Positions 11,860 through 23,790 of a stretch of DNA of 64,000 bases are shown piece by piece. Each line of letters begins with the position of its first letter. Position 1 is the stretch's first letter. A program made the position numbers and the translations under genes. The notes below the pieces were generated by a model that was given only the letters and a program-made list of their open reading frames with translations, did no database searches and was not told the DNA's origin. The DNA is taken from contig NC_043011.1 in assembly GCF_006345805.1 (NCBI RefSeq), positions 41,428,464 to 41,492,463 on the forward strand. Direction: 5' to 3'. Source of the stretch: Octopus sinensis (lineage: Eukaryota).

Positions 11860-11920
11860 AAAACGTTGACAGTGACTTCGAAGTTTCAGCCTGCTTACCA
11901 TGTTTCTTTATGAACACGGT
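11860..11920 (+). CDS. Internal exon of the polyQ gene: (E)NVDSDFEVSACLPCFFMNT(V)
   Basis: Acceptor aaacttttacatag, donor ggt|gtgagt; 61 nt, phase 1 in and phase 2 out, matching both neighbouring exons. Confidence 0.65.
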
Positions 11921-13156
11921 GTGAGTAAATTCATTCAAAACAAAACTGTTGTGTAGTGAAGTTTGACCGAATTATCTCCCTTCATGTGAATGTCGATTTT
12001 TGCAGTTCATATCTTGCAAGAAAACACAAACACGTACCAGGCATTGTCTTGGGGGTAAGTATGACTCGAGGAAACTTTAAATGTGGTGCCCCAGCATGGT
12101 CATAATCCAACAACTGAAACCAGTAAAATATGCTACATGTGTGTGTGTGTGCATGTATATATATATATATATTAATATTTAGCAGAAGTAACAGAGCGAC
12201 TCAAGGTTTGAGAGTTTTGTGTGTTGTGCATTATAGACTTACAGCCGTTTCAGATATTCATTTTGAGAGTGTTCATGGTTCAATTTAATCAATTGTTTGG
12301 TTGGTTGGAAATATAGTGAATGACTGTTACAAAGCTATCTTCATTGGAGTCCAACAAATCAACAGATTTTTATATATATTATTTAATAACAGCTTTGTAT
12401 TAATGCAATTTTAAAGTTTTGTGGGTTCATAAAATGAACCTGGCTCTTTGGTTACCTAATCCTGAAGAGCAAGGTTTGTCTCCTGAGCCCATGGAGACAA
12501 ATCAAACTGTTATTAAATAATGCATGTAATTCATACAAAATGTGTTGTGTGTCGCTTTCTTTCGTTTGTCCAGTCATGCGTAAGTGAAGACTCGGCTATG
12601 TGGTCAGAGGTTAGTCTCTCAGTAACATGATTATGGATTCAGTCACACTGTATAGTATCTTGAAAAAGTGCCCTGGGCCAACCAAATCCTTATGATGTAT
12701 ATATATATATATATGTGTGTGTAGGTGTTACTGTCTCCTTGCCTGGACATCACATGATTGTTGTAAGCAGGGATCACCATCATACAAGTGGCATACTTCA
12801 TTTCCACTCTTCTAAGACATGTCTAGTCATGGAGAAATTCTAACTTACAGATGTGTTTATTTATAAATACACACACGTACATATATGATAGCTTTTTCTT
12901 TTCAATTTCCACTTACCAAATTCCTTCATAGCCAATCTAGAGGGCTATTGTGGAAGACACTTGCCTAAGGTGCCAAGCAGTCGTGGCATTGAAAAATGAG
13001 CTTATTTACTATACAAGCATACCTGCACCTATCTGTCTAAATTCATAATGTAGCATACACACACACACACATATATATACATTCAGAGTAATAATGATAT
13101 CATATATTTATGATCTGTCATAACATTTACCATTTAGTCAGTGAGATGCCATCTGT

Positions 13157-13330
13157 TTAACCCTTTAGCATTTAAACTGGTCGTGTCTAACCACAGTTTT
13201 ATGGTCAAACAGGCCAGATCTGGCCTGTCACACCGACCCTACAATGTCATTCTAAAAATTAAGTTACCTCATCAAAGTTTCAAAGCTACAAGATAATACA
13301 TGATTAATCCAAAACAATCTGAACACCAAA
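13157..13330. mobile_element. piggyBac-like MITE (left part)
   Basis: TTAA-CCCTTTAGCATT terminus; same family as 16240-16414 and about 60050-60200. Confidence 0.65.
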
Positions 13331-14536
13331 GAGTATGCCCTGTAAACAAACAGAGCATATAATGTATATAAGATAGAGTTCTCAGGCCTACTTTGACATT
13401 CCAGTGATGACCATCCCTTTTGATTTATTCAGGAATTACCTAATACATTACAATGTACTACTCTTAGGTAACATCATTTTTAAGTTGATAAAATATGATT
13501 TAAAGGAAATTTGGCTGCTGTTTTTAGCAGATTAAGTGGTTATGATTAAGGTCTGTTGTCTCAACAGCTCTTTGTTGGACATAGTGAAGAGTTCTGATAA
13601 TGGTAAAAAGTTAGTCGTTACCTAAGACAATAGACCAGTGGCTAGCAAGAATTTTCATTTTTCTTTTACTAAGCCTGAAGAGTAGAAGGGGTGCAAAAAA
13701 GGGTATCCCTTCTACCTTACAATACACCTGGCTCACAGCACTCAGGAAAATAGATTCTATTTCTTATTTGAAACATAAACTACATAACTGAAGACATGCT
13801 ATATATATATGTGTGTGTGTGTAGGTATATATTTCTCTGTGTATATAAATATATATGTGTGTACACACATATACAGACTTACTTTTCTTGTGCATGGTTT
13901 CTACAGCTGGATGCTCATCCTAATGCCAACTACTTTACAGAGTGTGCTGGGTGCTTTTTTTCATGGCACCTACGCTACAGAGGTCATCAAGTAACTCACA
14001 AAACAAGACCCCTTGACTGAGGGAGATGTTTTGTGCTAGTAGACGTGTTTAGGGCCACAATCTGACACCTTGGGTGCCTATGATGGTATTTGCTCTGTTG
14101 TAAGCATTCAGAGGTCCCTAGTTTCAGTTTCCTTTCCTCCTATACACATGCCAGACAGGGTGGCCCTGTGATGGGTCAGGGGCATGACCTTCCGTTCTTG
14201 AAAACGGAAAAAAAAATTTAGGAAAAAGGAAATTTGTGGCACATCACTGTCCTGCAACACACTGTCTACCGTAGGGTCCTCCCTTGCTTAACAGGGTTAA
14301 GGGGATGGTTTGGCACAGGTGTGGCTGTGTGGTAAGAAGCTTGCTTCCTAACCACATGATTCCAGGTTCAATCCTACTCTTTGGCACCTTGGGCAACTAG
14401 CCTCCAGTTAACCAAAGTCTTGCAAGTGGATTTGGTTTGTAATGCACAGCAACTCCAGGGACAGGTTTCTGGGTGAAGCTGCTGCTAGTTTAGAGGTTTT
14501 CCATTAAATGTAAAGGTGTTGTTTGTATTTCTACAG

Positions 14537-14654
14537 TTGTTCCATATCTGACCACCACTACAAAGTGATCCGATCTATGTTACTGATGCTGCCATATAGG
14601 GATGTTTACCATTTTAATTCCAATGTGATTGAGACTTTTCTCGTGCAGTGTTGA
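14537..14654 (+). CDS. Terminal coding exon of the polyQ gene: (V)CSISDHHYKVIRSMLLMLPYRDVYHFNSNVIETFLVQC*
   Basis: Strong acceptor gtttgtatttctacag; 39 codons (including stop) open in phase 2; TGA 14652-14654. Confidence 0.6.
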
Positions 14655-14724
14655 AATCTAAATTTAGAATTAAACTTCATTATGATATGAATAGCATTGG
14701 GAGATTTGGGTTGAGAATAACAAC

Positions 14725-14755
<31 letters not shown>

Positions 14756-15560
14756 TACACCCTTACAAAGGTCAGTCATCATCCATGTATATCTATATAT
14801 TATATATACATATGCTTACATAAAGTTTAAATCTCAAATCGTGTGTGTATATATATATATATATTTATATATATACACTCGTTTGTGTATATGGATATAT
14901 ATATATATATATACACACACATTCATACAAGTTGGTCATCACCAATGTAATATAATTTATATATCTAGCTATATATTTATGATGTGTGTGTATATAATCT
15001 ATTTGAAAATATGTGTGTGTATGTGTATATATATATATATATATACACACTTGCATCAGATGGCCAAGTCAAACGTACATCCGTTGGTCAACTCTAATAT
15101 ACAAGTTTCAGATGTTTTTATTAAAACCCTCCAAAATCTTGATTATAATGAAGATTAATTAAAACATCAAGCAGCAAGTCTACAAATTAAGTGACATCAT
15201 CATGAAGGAGTTAAACCTGATTATTGGACCTTAACCTTCACAGAACCACGTTGAATCTTGACGAGTTGATGCTTGTTACTAAGTCGTAACAATTCCTTTG
15301 TACATTCAATGTCTGACAGTCTCCATCTCACCAAGAGACGTCTTTGAAACAAATAAAGTATACAGTTAACGTGTTATATTATTTTTGTACTTCCATATCT
15401 CACTGGACTTATTGCCATTAATACATTGTTGAATACTGGGTCTCTGGAATTCAGCCAATGATATTGCTCGTTTGTTTTATGTCATTGTTTTTGAGGTGGT
15501 TTTTTTTTTCCTTATGCTGGCATGGGTTGGACAAATGTTTATTATTAAGGCATTGTTTAA

Positions 15561-15955
15561 GGTGGCAAGCTGGCAGAATTTTAGCACACCAAGTGAAATG
15601 CTTAGCGGTATCTCGTCTGCCGCTACGTTCTGAGTTCAAATTCCGCCGAGGTCGACTTTGCCTTTCATCCTTTCGGGGTCGATTAAATAAGTACCAGTTA
15701 CGCACTGGGGTCAATATAATCAACTTAATTCGTTTGTCTGTCCTTGTTTGTCCTCTCTGTGTTTAGCCCCTTGTGGGTAGTAAAGAAATAGGTATCTCGT
15801 CTGCCGCTATGTTCTGAGTTCAAATTCCACCAAGGTCGACTTTGCCTTTCATCATTTCGGAATCAATGAAATAAGTACCAGTTATGTACTGGGGTCGATG
15901 TAATCAACTCGCCCCTTCTCCCCAAATTTGAGGCCTTGTGACTTCAGTAGAAAGG
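15561..15955 (+). mobile_element. tRNA-derived SINE family B, full copy plus partial tandem copy
   Basis: tggcaagctggcagaat...gttctgagttcaaattccgccgaggtcgac...; the 3' half repeats from 15790. Confidence 0.85.
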
Positions 15956-16239
15956 ATTATTAAGGCAGGGAGCTGGAAGAGCCCTTAGCATGCAGGGCAA
16001 AATGCTCAGTGGTATTACATAGTGCCTTTACATTCTAGGTTCATAAACCACCAAGGTCAACTTTGCCTTTCATCTTTTCAGGGTTGATAAAATAAATACC
16101 AGTTTAACACTGGGGTCGATCTAATCGACTTACTCCCTTCCCTAACCTTGCTGGACTTGTGCCAAAACTGGAAACCATTATTAAGTCATTATTTTAAAGA
16201 TGGACAGCCTTCGTGTTGCTAATTTTACCTGTTTTCCAT

Positions 16240-16414
16240 TCCTTTAGCATTTAAACTGGCCAGATCCAGTCTGTCACACCTATCATACAATGTCATTCTA
16301 AAAATAAACAATCACATCGAAATCTTGAAGCTGCAAGATAATGTATGATTAATTCAAAAGAATGAGAATCAAAGATCCATACATTTGACATTATTTTGAA
16401 TGCTAAAGGGTTAA
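16240..16414. mobile_element. piggyBac-like MITE
   Basis: CCTTTAGCATT ... AATGCTAAAGGG-TTAA terminal inverted repeats. Confidence 0.7.
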
Positions 16415-16522
16415 ATAAGGAACTGGCAGTATCAACTAGTCCCTTCCCCATAAAATTGCTGGCCTTGTGCCAAAAGTTTAAATAATTATTTTGGTGGGAA
16501 ATTAACTGATACGATAGCTTTC

Positions 16523-17696
16523 ATGTGCGGCAGATGCACAGGGACAATAGACACTACAGATACTCAGAAAACAGATTCCATCACACTCCAGGGGGAGAAA
16601 CTAGAAGTAGTTGATAGTTTCCGCTACCTGGGTGACCAAGTTAGTAGTGGAGGTGGATGCTCAGAGAATGTCACCACTAGAATACGAATAGCTTGGGCAA
16701 AGTTCAGAAAGCTCCTACCTCTACTGGCGACAAAGGGTCTCTCGCTCAAAGTGAAAGGTAGATTGAGTGACGCATGTGTGCGAACTGCCATGCTTCACGG
16801 TAGTGAAACATGGGCTGTGACTGCAGAGGACATGCGTAGACTTGAAAGGAATGAAGCTAGCATGATCAGCTGGATGTGTAATGTCAGTGTGCACGCACGA
16901 CAGAGTGTAAGCACCCTGAGAGAAATGCTGGACATAAGAAGCATCAGATGTGGTGTGCAAGAGCGACGCTTGCGATGGTATGGTCATGTACTGCAGATGG
17001 ATGAGGAGAGATGTGTGAAGAAGTGCCACTCCCAAACAGTTGAAGGTATCAGGGGGAGAGGTAGACCCAGGAAGACGTGGGATGAGGTAGTCAGGCATGA
17101 CCTCAGAGCGTTGGGCCTCACTGAGGCAATGGCGAAGGACTGAGATCTCTGGAGATATGCTGTGACTGCAAAGACCTGGGCTGCTTCCTGCACCAGTTCC
17201 GCATAGCCCCTGCCCATTCAAAGTACCTTGGATTCCAGAACATCCCGCTGTGCTTGAGGAGACCTGTTGAGTCAAGTACATGAACATCGAAATAAATATC
17301 AATGGAAATAGTAGTTGTGATACCTGTGCCAGTGGCACATAAAAAGCACCATCCGAACGTGGCCGTTGCCAGCGCCTCGACTGGCTCCAGTGCCGGTGGC
17401 ACATAAAAAGCACCATCCGAACGTGGCCGATGCTTCCGTGCCGGTGGAATGTTAAAAGCACCAACCGATCATGGCCGATGCCGGACCCCCCTGGCACCTG
17501 TGCAGGTGGCACGTAAAAAGCACCCACTACACCCGCGGAGTGGTTGGTGTTAGGAAGGGCATCCAGCTGTAGAAACTCTGCCAGATCAGACTGGAGCCTG
17601 GTGCAACCCCTGGCTTCCCAGACCCTGGTCGAACCGTCCAACTCGTGCTAGTGCGGAAAACGGACGTTAAACGATGATGATGATGATGATGATGAT
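16523..17696 (+). mobile_element. 5'-truncated RTE LINE: ORF2 C-terminus, 3' UTR and (GAT)n tail
   Basis: FRYLGD, RIRIAWAKFRKL, MLHGSETW, RRLRWYGHV, RGRGRPRKTW motifs, continuous with the tandem-repeat UTR. Confidence 0.95.
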
Positions 17697-18535
17697 ACAC
17701 ACACATCCGTGAGCTTGTGTTTTATTTAATTGTTATTGTTTTATTCATTATTTTGTCGAATAAAGAAAGCCAGTGCTCATGACCAATTTGAAAGGGGTTA
17801 CAAAACATGACCCTAAAGGGCCCTCAAGAACCAGTTGGTAGCAATGTTAAATCAGATAATGGATTTGTGGCAGGAATCTTCGGTAGTCACAAAGCACCTA
17901 GAAATTGAACCCAGATCTCTGTGTTTGGTAGAAAACTAAAGAACACAAATGCAGTTCACTCAGATAATGCTGTCACCATCAAACCACTTAACCACTTCAA
18001 TTTCTACTAAAACCGGATCTAATCTTTCTGAAAAAGACAGATTATATATTCAGAACATTTTTGTTAGCCAGTGGAATCTAGAGCAGACAGTAGCAGAGAA
18101 CTCTCCATAGCAACCAGACAGTGGTAGATGACAAAGCAGACTCCAAGAAACACTACAGGAACTACTATTAAACCTGATCCAATAACAGCTCATATAAACT
18201 TCAAACTATTTTGGTGTAAACATCTTTTCTTTGTCGTTTGTAGTAACAACATTTAGTTGTTACCGGTAAGAGTAAATATTTTTTTCTGTTGAAATACCAG
18301 ATTTTAGGTTCATTTGATCTGTATCAACTCGACACCAGATTGTAATTGTTTATTAACACATGCAGAAAGATCTGATCACTAAAGATTAATTATGTAAATG
18401 AACTTCTGTTGGTTTCAATAATGAGACTCAGCTGTTCACTCAAGTAGACGACTCGTTTATTAAAAGGATAAAGCTCCTTCCTGAGTCATAGGGGACGATT
18501 TCTCAGATTCTCTGGCGTAGATATTACCCCTTTCT

Positions 18536-18755
18536 ACTGGGTTACGACGATCAAGGAGGACCTCTCCGTGCTCACAGGACCGCAGGTGGTCGGCCTGCAC
18601 CGATGGAACCGTGACTGGCTTGCTATCTCCACTGAACTGGTGCAGGACCGTTGTGCGTGGGCTGCCATGGTTTCGAGAAGCCTCGAGGGTGGTAGAAGAA
18701 GCCAACTCAACCTGCCCAGGGTGAATGTCGCCACAAGTACAAGTAAGTAAGTAAG
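18536..18755 (+). mobile_element. 3' end of a second RTE family
   Basis: WVTTIKEDLSVLTGPQVVGLHRWNRDWLAISTELVQDRCAWAAMV, then NSTCPG*MSPQVQV and a CAAGTACAAGTAAGTAAG tail. Confidence 0.7.
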
Positions 18756-20234
18756 ATATTACCCCACTGGATGGGATGCCAATCCATCGCAGGAAAACAC
18801 ATTTCGCCAGTGAGTGGATTGGAGGAATGTGAAGTGTGTTGCTCAAGAACAGAAGGCATTGCCCAGGCCAGGAATCGAAACTACAATCTTACAATCATCA
18901 GTCCAACACCCTAACCACTATGCCATTTGCCGCCACTGCTCATTGCATAAAACTTCAAGTGGCTGTGTACTCCTAATGTAAATGTCAGATGGAATCAGCA
19001 TGACATGGCTGGACTTTGTGGCTTGATGGTTAAGAAACTCACTTTCCAAACCACAAGGTTTGGGGTTCAGTACCACAGCACAACACCTTGGGCAAATGTC
19101 TTCTACTACAGCCTCAGGTCAGCTAATGCCTTATGAGTGAATTTGGTAAACAAACAAACTGTGGGGAAGCCTAATATTTGGGAGTATATCCTCATTACAA
19201 CCATTTTCCATGCTGGTATGGGTTGGACGGTTTTAATGGAGCTGTTAAGGCCAGGGGCCACACCATGCTCCATTATCTGTTCTGGCAATGTTTCTACAGC
19301 TGGATGCCCTTCCTAATGCCAACCACTCCACAGAGTGTACTGGGTGCTTTTCACATGGCACCAGCACCAGTATCAACTCTGCTGTGACAGACATGTGTGT
19401 TTGTACAGTATTTGTCCCCTTCCCACTGCTTGGAAACTGTTGGTTTGTTTGCATCCCTATCAATTAGTGGCTTGACACCGATATCCTAAGATATGCCACA
19501 CAGTGCAACTGAACCCAAGATCTCATGAGTGCAAAATTAACTTCTTAACCTTCCAACCATGCCTCCACCCACAGACAAATTAAGTAAGCTAACACCCAAA
19601 TACTGGAATTCTTCCTTCTTCCACAGTAAACTTCATAAACCCACCTAGACATGACCATACTTCTGTTAACCCTTCATCATCACATGCCTCAGAGTTCTAC
19701 CCAGCGCCACATCCAAACAGAGGGAAAGACAAAAAGGAGATTGTTTGATATCCAAAATTCCAAGAACACAACCATTTACCCAGAATTCAGTTTGATGTTA
19801 AATTAACTCCAATCCAAACAATTTCTTTTTATTATTTACATTTTATTATTATTATGGTTATTGTTATTTTTATTATTTCATTTCCTTGAAGGAAGTCAAT
19901 AACAGATGAAGGTGATAGCAATGGTGGTGGTGGTAGTGGTGGAGGTGGTTGTTGGATGCAGGCTCAAGGGAGGAAGAAGGGGAGAAGGAGGAGGTGGGAA
20001 TGATTAAACAGCAGTAAACATGACTATTCACCAGAAGAGGTGTAGTGGGAGGGAGCACCATGAAAGGGTGGTGGTGACGGGGGTACGAGCGACACAATGG
20101 TTTCAACAATGCTTGAAGGTCCAGATGACACAAGGAGGAAGTAGTGATGGTGGTAGTGGCAGTGATAGCAGTAGTTGTTGTTGTTGTTGTTGTTGTGGTG
20201 GTGGTGGTGTTACTTCGGTCGTTAGGATGGCCTC

Positions 20235-20432
20235 TCATCTTAAGGAACTCCAGAGACGTTCGTGTTTCCCAAGTTGACCGACGGACTTGGTACAGTCTGA
20301 TCCTTTGATGTCGTCGTGGTCGTCATCGTGAACAATTTTGGTAAGGCACTGGTGGGTTTGGAGAAGGAAAGGGGGAGTGGTGTCAAAGAAAGTCTCGTTA
20401 GAACAAGACATGAGAAAGGAAGATATTCCATC
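20235..20432 (-). CDS. Candidate orphan terminal exon DGISSFLMSCSNETFFDTTPPFLLQTHQCLTKIVHDDDHDDIKGSDCTKSVGQLGKHERLWSSLR*
   Basis: Strong acceptor tttatctttttcag; 66 codons including stop in phase 0, with C-ending-rich codons. No homology recognised. Confidence 0.3.
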   Translation of the reverse strand, partial: DGISSFLMSCSNETFFDTTPPFLLQTHQCLTKIVHDDDHDDIKGSDCTKSVGQLGKHERLWSSLR

Positions 20433-20759
20433 CTGAAAAAGATAAAATGTAAAACAAGATTAAATATAACGTATGCGTGAGTGTGCGACTTGAAAATAAA
20501 AAAAAAAACAATTATTAATCATGTAATTAGGGCAACATGGATGTTAGAATCATTAGCATGTCAGGCAAAAAATATCTTGTGGTATTTCTTCAGGCACTTT
20601 ACATTCTGAGTTTAAATTCTACCAGGATTGACTTAGCCGTTCTTATTTTTGGAGACAAATAGGTATCAGCTGAACACTGGGCTTGATATCAACTAACCTT
20701 CCCCTAAAAACTGCTGGCTCTGTGCCAAAATTAGAAAAAATGTTGTTATTATTATTATT

Positions 20760-21223
20760 ATCGATGACTGGCATCATTGCTAGTGGAGCACTAAGAGCAC
20801 CATCCAAGCATGATCGTTGCCAGAGCGGCTAACTGGCTTCCGTGCCAGTGACACATAAAAAGCACCATTTGAGCATGATCATTACCAGCATCACCTTACT
20901 GGCTTCCGTGCTGGTGGCACATGAAAAACATCATTTGAGCGAGGTCGTTGCCAGTGCCGCTGGACTGGCTCCTGAGCAGGTGGTATATAAAAAACACCAT
21001 TTGAGCATGGTCATTGCTAGTACTGCCTGACTGGCCCCCATGCCAGAGGCACGTAAAAGCACCCATTACACTCCCAGAGTGGTTGGTGTTAGGAAGGGCA
21101 TCCAGCAGTAGAAACTCTGCCAGATCAAGACTGGAGCCTGGTTCAGCCATCTGGCTCGCCAGTCCTCAGTCAAATCGTCCAAACCATGCTAGCATGGAAA
21201 GCAGACATTAAACGATGATGATG

Positions 21224-21225
<2 letters not shown>
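20760..21225 (+). mobile_element. RTE 3' UTR fragment (older subfamily)
   Basis: aagcaccatttgagcatgatcgttgccag subrepeats and standard 3' end with GAT tail. Confidence 0.8.
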
Positions 21226-21262
<37 letters not shown>

Positions 21263-21684
21263 ATTGTTATTATTATTATTACAACGTTGGGTCTCACCAA
21301 GGTGATGACAAGTGACTGAGACCTTTGGAGATATGCTGTGCTTGAAAAGAGCTGACAAGCCAAGTGAGACCGTAACCGTGGCCTATGCTAGTGCAGCATA
21401 ACCAGCCCATTTTAGAGTATATAGGAGAATTCGCAAAAAAACAAAAGACGAAGACAGGTGGTGTGGACAACAAACAGATGTATTAGTTTAATGCTTGGAA
21501 AGTGAATAAATGTCTTTAATGTTTTGAGCCTACGCTCTTCCACAGAAAGAAACAAGGAGAGAAAATAAAGAATGTATAGTGGCTATATATATATATATAT
21601 TTATTATTATTATTATTATTGCAATTGTTGTTATTGTTATTATATACTTACCCAATGTGTATGACAAGAAGTGTTGTTGTGCCA

Positions 21685-21732
21685 TCAGTAATAATAAACA
21701 CCACAAACCATTGCTACACAGAACAGGGAATT
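21685..21732 (-). CDS. TCTEX1D2: TCTEX1D2/DYNLT2B last coding exon NSLFCVAMVCGVYYY*
   Basis: Acceptor ctctttcag, 48 nt; matches the family C-terminus DSLFCVVAAFGCFYY. AATAAA on - near 21600. Confidence 0.93.
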   Translation of the reverse strand, partial: NSLFCVAMVCGVYYY

Positions 21733-22129
21733 CTGAAAGAGATGAGGAGAAAACAAAAAAAATAAGCATTTTTCACTAACATATCTTTTTTCCAAAAGAG
21801 CCAATCAGTGGCAAGGAAACATCTGTTACAAGGGGGTGGAACAAATATCTGAAGGGACCTCATTCGTAAAGGATTGTTTTTTGTTTTTCTCGATTATGTT
21901 AATATCCATGGCTGATGTACATCAGCAATGTATACACACACATATTACATGCACACACATATACATATGTATATACCCAGGCCTATTCCCCATTTTGTTT
22001 TTAGGAGGGGGTAGCCTCAGCAAGACACACGCCTGGCATTCCATTCATTTCCCAGCTCAAAGGGGCAATCCCCATTCTATGCTCGGGTCAAGGCATAGAA
22101 CGCAACCTCCAATATCAGTAGTGGGACCC

Positions 22130-23030
22130 GACAGCACATGCTGGTTTACCCCCGCCGCATCATGCTGGTTCCATACCCCTTTGAGCAACAACAAATTCAC
22201 TCATCCATCCACAAATACTCTCAAAGCTTTCCTATCATTTATAAATTTTCTTGCCTCACTTATTCCAACACCTCTAACCACCAAAGCTTTCCTCACTCCA
22301 TCCATCTACACAAACCAAGGTCTGCCTCTGGTTCTGCAGCCTACCACTTCAGCCTTCATCACCCTCTTTAACATCCGCTCCTCATCCATCCTCTCCATGT
22401 GACCAAACCACCTTAACATTCATCTATCCAATTTGGTTGTTAGTTTTTCTTTCATTCCTGCTCATCTTTGCACCTCCTCATTCCTCATCCTGTCCATCCA
22501 TGTCACACCAACCAAAGCCCTCAGACATCTCATCTCAAACATATCTAGTTGCCTCCTTTCCACCGCTCTCAGCCTACCCCACCCCAGTCTCTGCACCATA
22601 TAACATTGTCAGCACAATCACACCTCCATACACACCTCTTTTCGCTTTCATACTCAGCTTTTAATCTCTCATCATACCTTTCGCAACTCCAAGTATCTTA
22701 CTCCTCTCCCTCTCGCTCTGTATCCCGCCTTCTAAGCCAACCGCCCACCCCCATACACCATCACATGTGATCCCAGATACTTCAAAACACTCACCTCCTC
22801 TAACATCTCACCAGTTATACAGACATCCATCCTACCAGAGCCATTTCATCTCTCGAACATCTCATCACCTTACTCTTAGCTACATTCACTTTCAGGTTCC
22901 TCCTCTCACACACTCTTCCAAACCCCACCACCAGTCTCCTCAGTTGCACTTCTGAATCTGCCACCAGTGTTGTATCATCGGCAAACAACAACTGACTCAC
23001 CTGCCATTTCTCGCCATTTTCTCCCACCAT
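22130..23030 (-). mobile_element. Decayed RTE-clade LINE, third family (RT C-terminal half)
   Basis: SQLLFADDTTLVADSEVQLRRLVVGFGRVCERRNLKVNVAKSKVM contains the FADD catalytic motif; frameshifted downstream. Confidence 0.85.
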
Positions 23031-23726
23031 TTGGGCTGGGTATGACTCTAAACTACATCCTCTAAACTACAGTGGGACCCTGGGGCTCTGGTTTCAGAGT
23101 TTGAGGAGTATGGAAGCACCTCTTTGCCACTATTTTTCCCAGGTCTACTCTGGCCCAGGGTGGTAGCACCTGTAAGGGCCCCAGTCATGGATTAACTAGC
23201 TAACCCCCCTTGTGGCTGGTTGGGTAAGGGGATTGGTAGAATGCAGTCACCATATTCCCTGCATGGCATAAGGGGCAACTAAAAGGGCCAGAAGCAAGGG
23301 AACTGGGAATCCTCTCCTCTTAGTAAATCCATATTCCTAAAAAGACAGCAAGAAAAAATGCACACACACATATACATACACATATATACACGAATACATA
23401 CACACACACACACATATATATATATACATACACACATACATACACTCACACACACACACACATATATATATATACACATAAATATATGCATAAGGCACGT
23501 CAGGCAAAATGTTTAGTGGTATTTCATCTGCTGTTACATTCTGAGTTCAAATTCCACTGTGGTTGGCTTTGCCTTTCATCCTTTCGGGGGCGATTAAATA
23601 AGTACCAGTTACGCACTGGGGTCGATGTTGTCGACTTAATCCCTTTGTCTGCCCTTGTTTGTCCCCTCTATGTTTAGCCTCCTGTGAGCAATAAAGAAAT
23701 ACATATGTGCATACACACATACTTAC

Positions 23727-23790
23727 ATTTGTATAAACATCCACAGCAAAGTTGTCTGTGTCAGCATCCCAGAACTTCCGGCTTGCTATC
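23727..23790 (-). CDS. TCTEX1D2: TCTEX1D2 exon (K)IASRKFWDADTDNFAVDVYTN
   Basis: 64 nt, tttatag acceptor, gtaagt donor; matches the SRCFWDADTDN family motif. Confidence 0.95.

Noticed and set aside
12393-12520. Open frames LCINAILKFCGFIK* and MNLALWLPNPEEQGLSPEPMETNQTVIK*
   Set aside because: Need a weaker donor or a mismatched phase; the 14537 exon fits the consensus donor.
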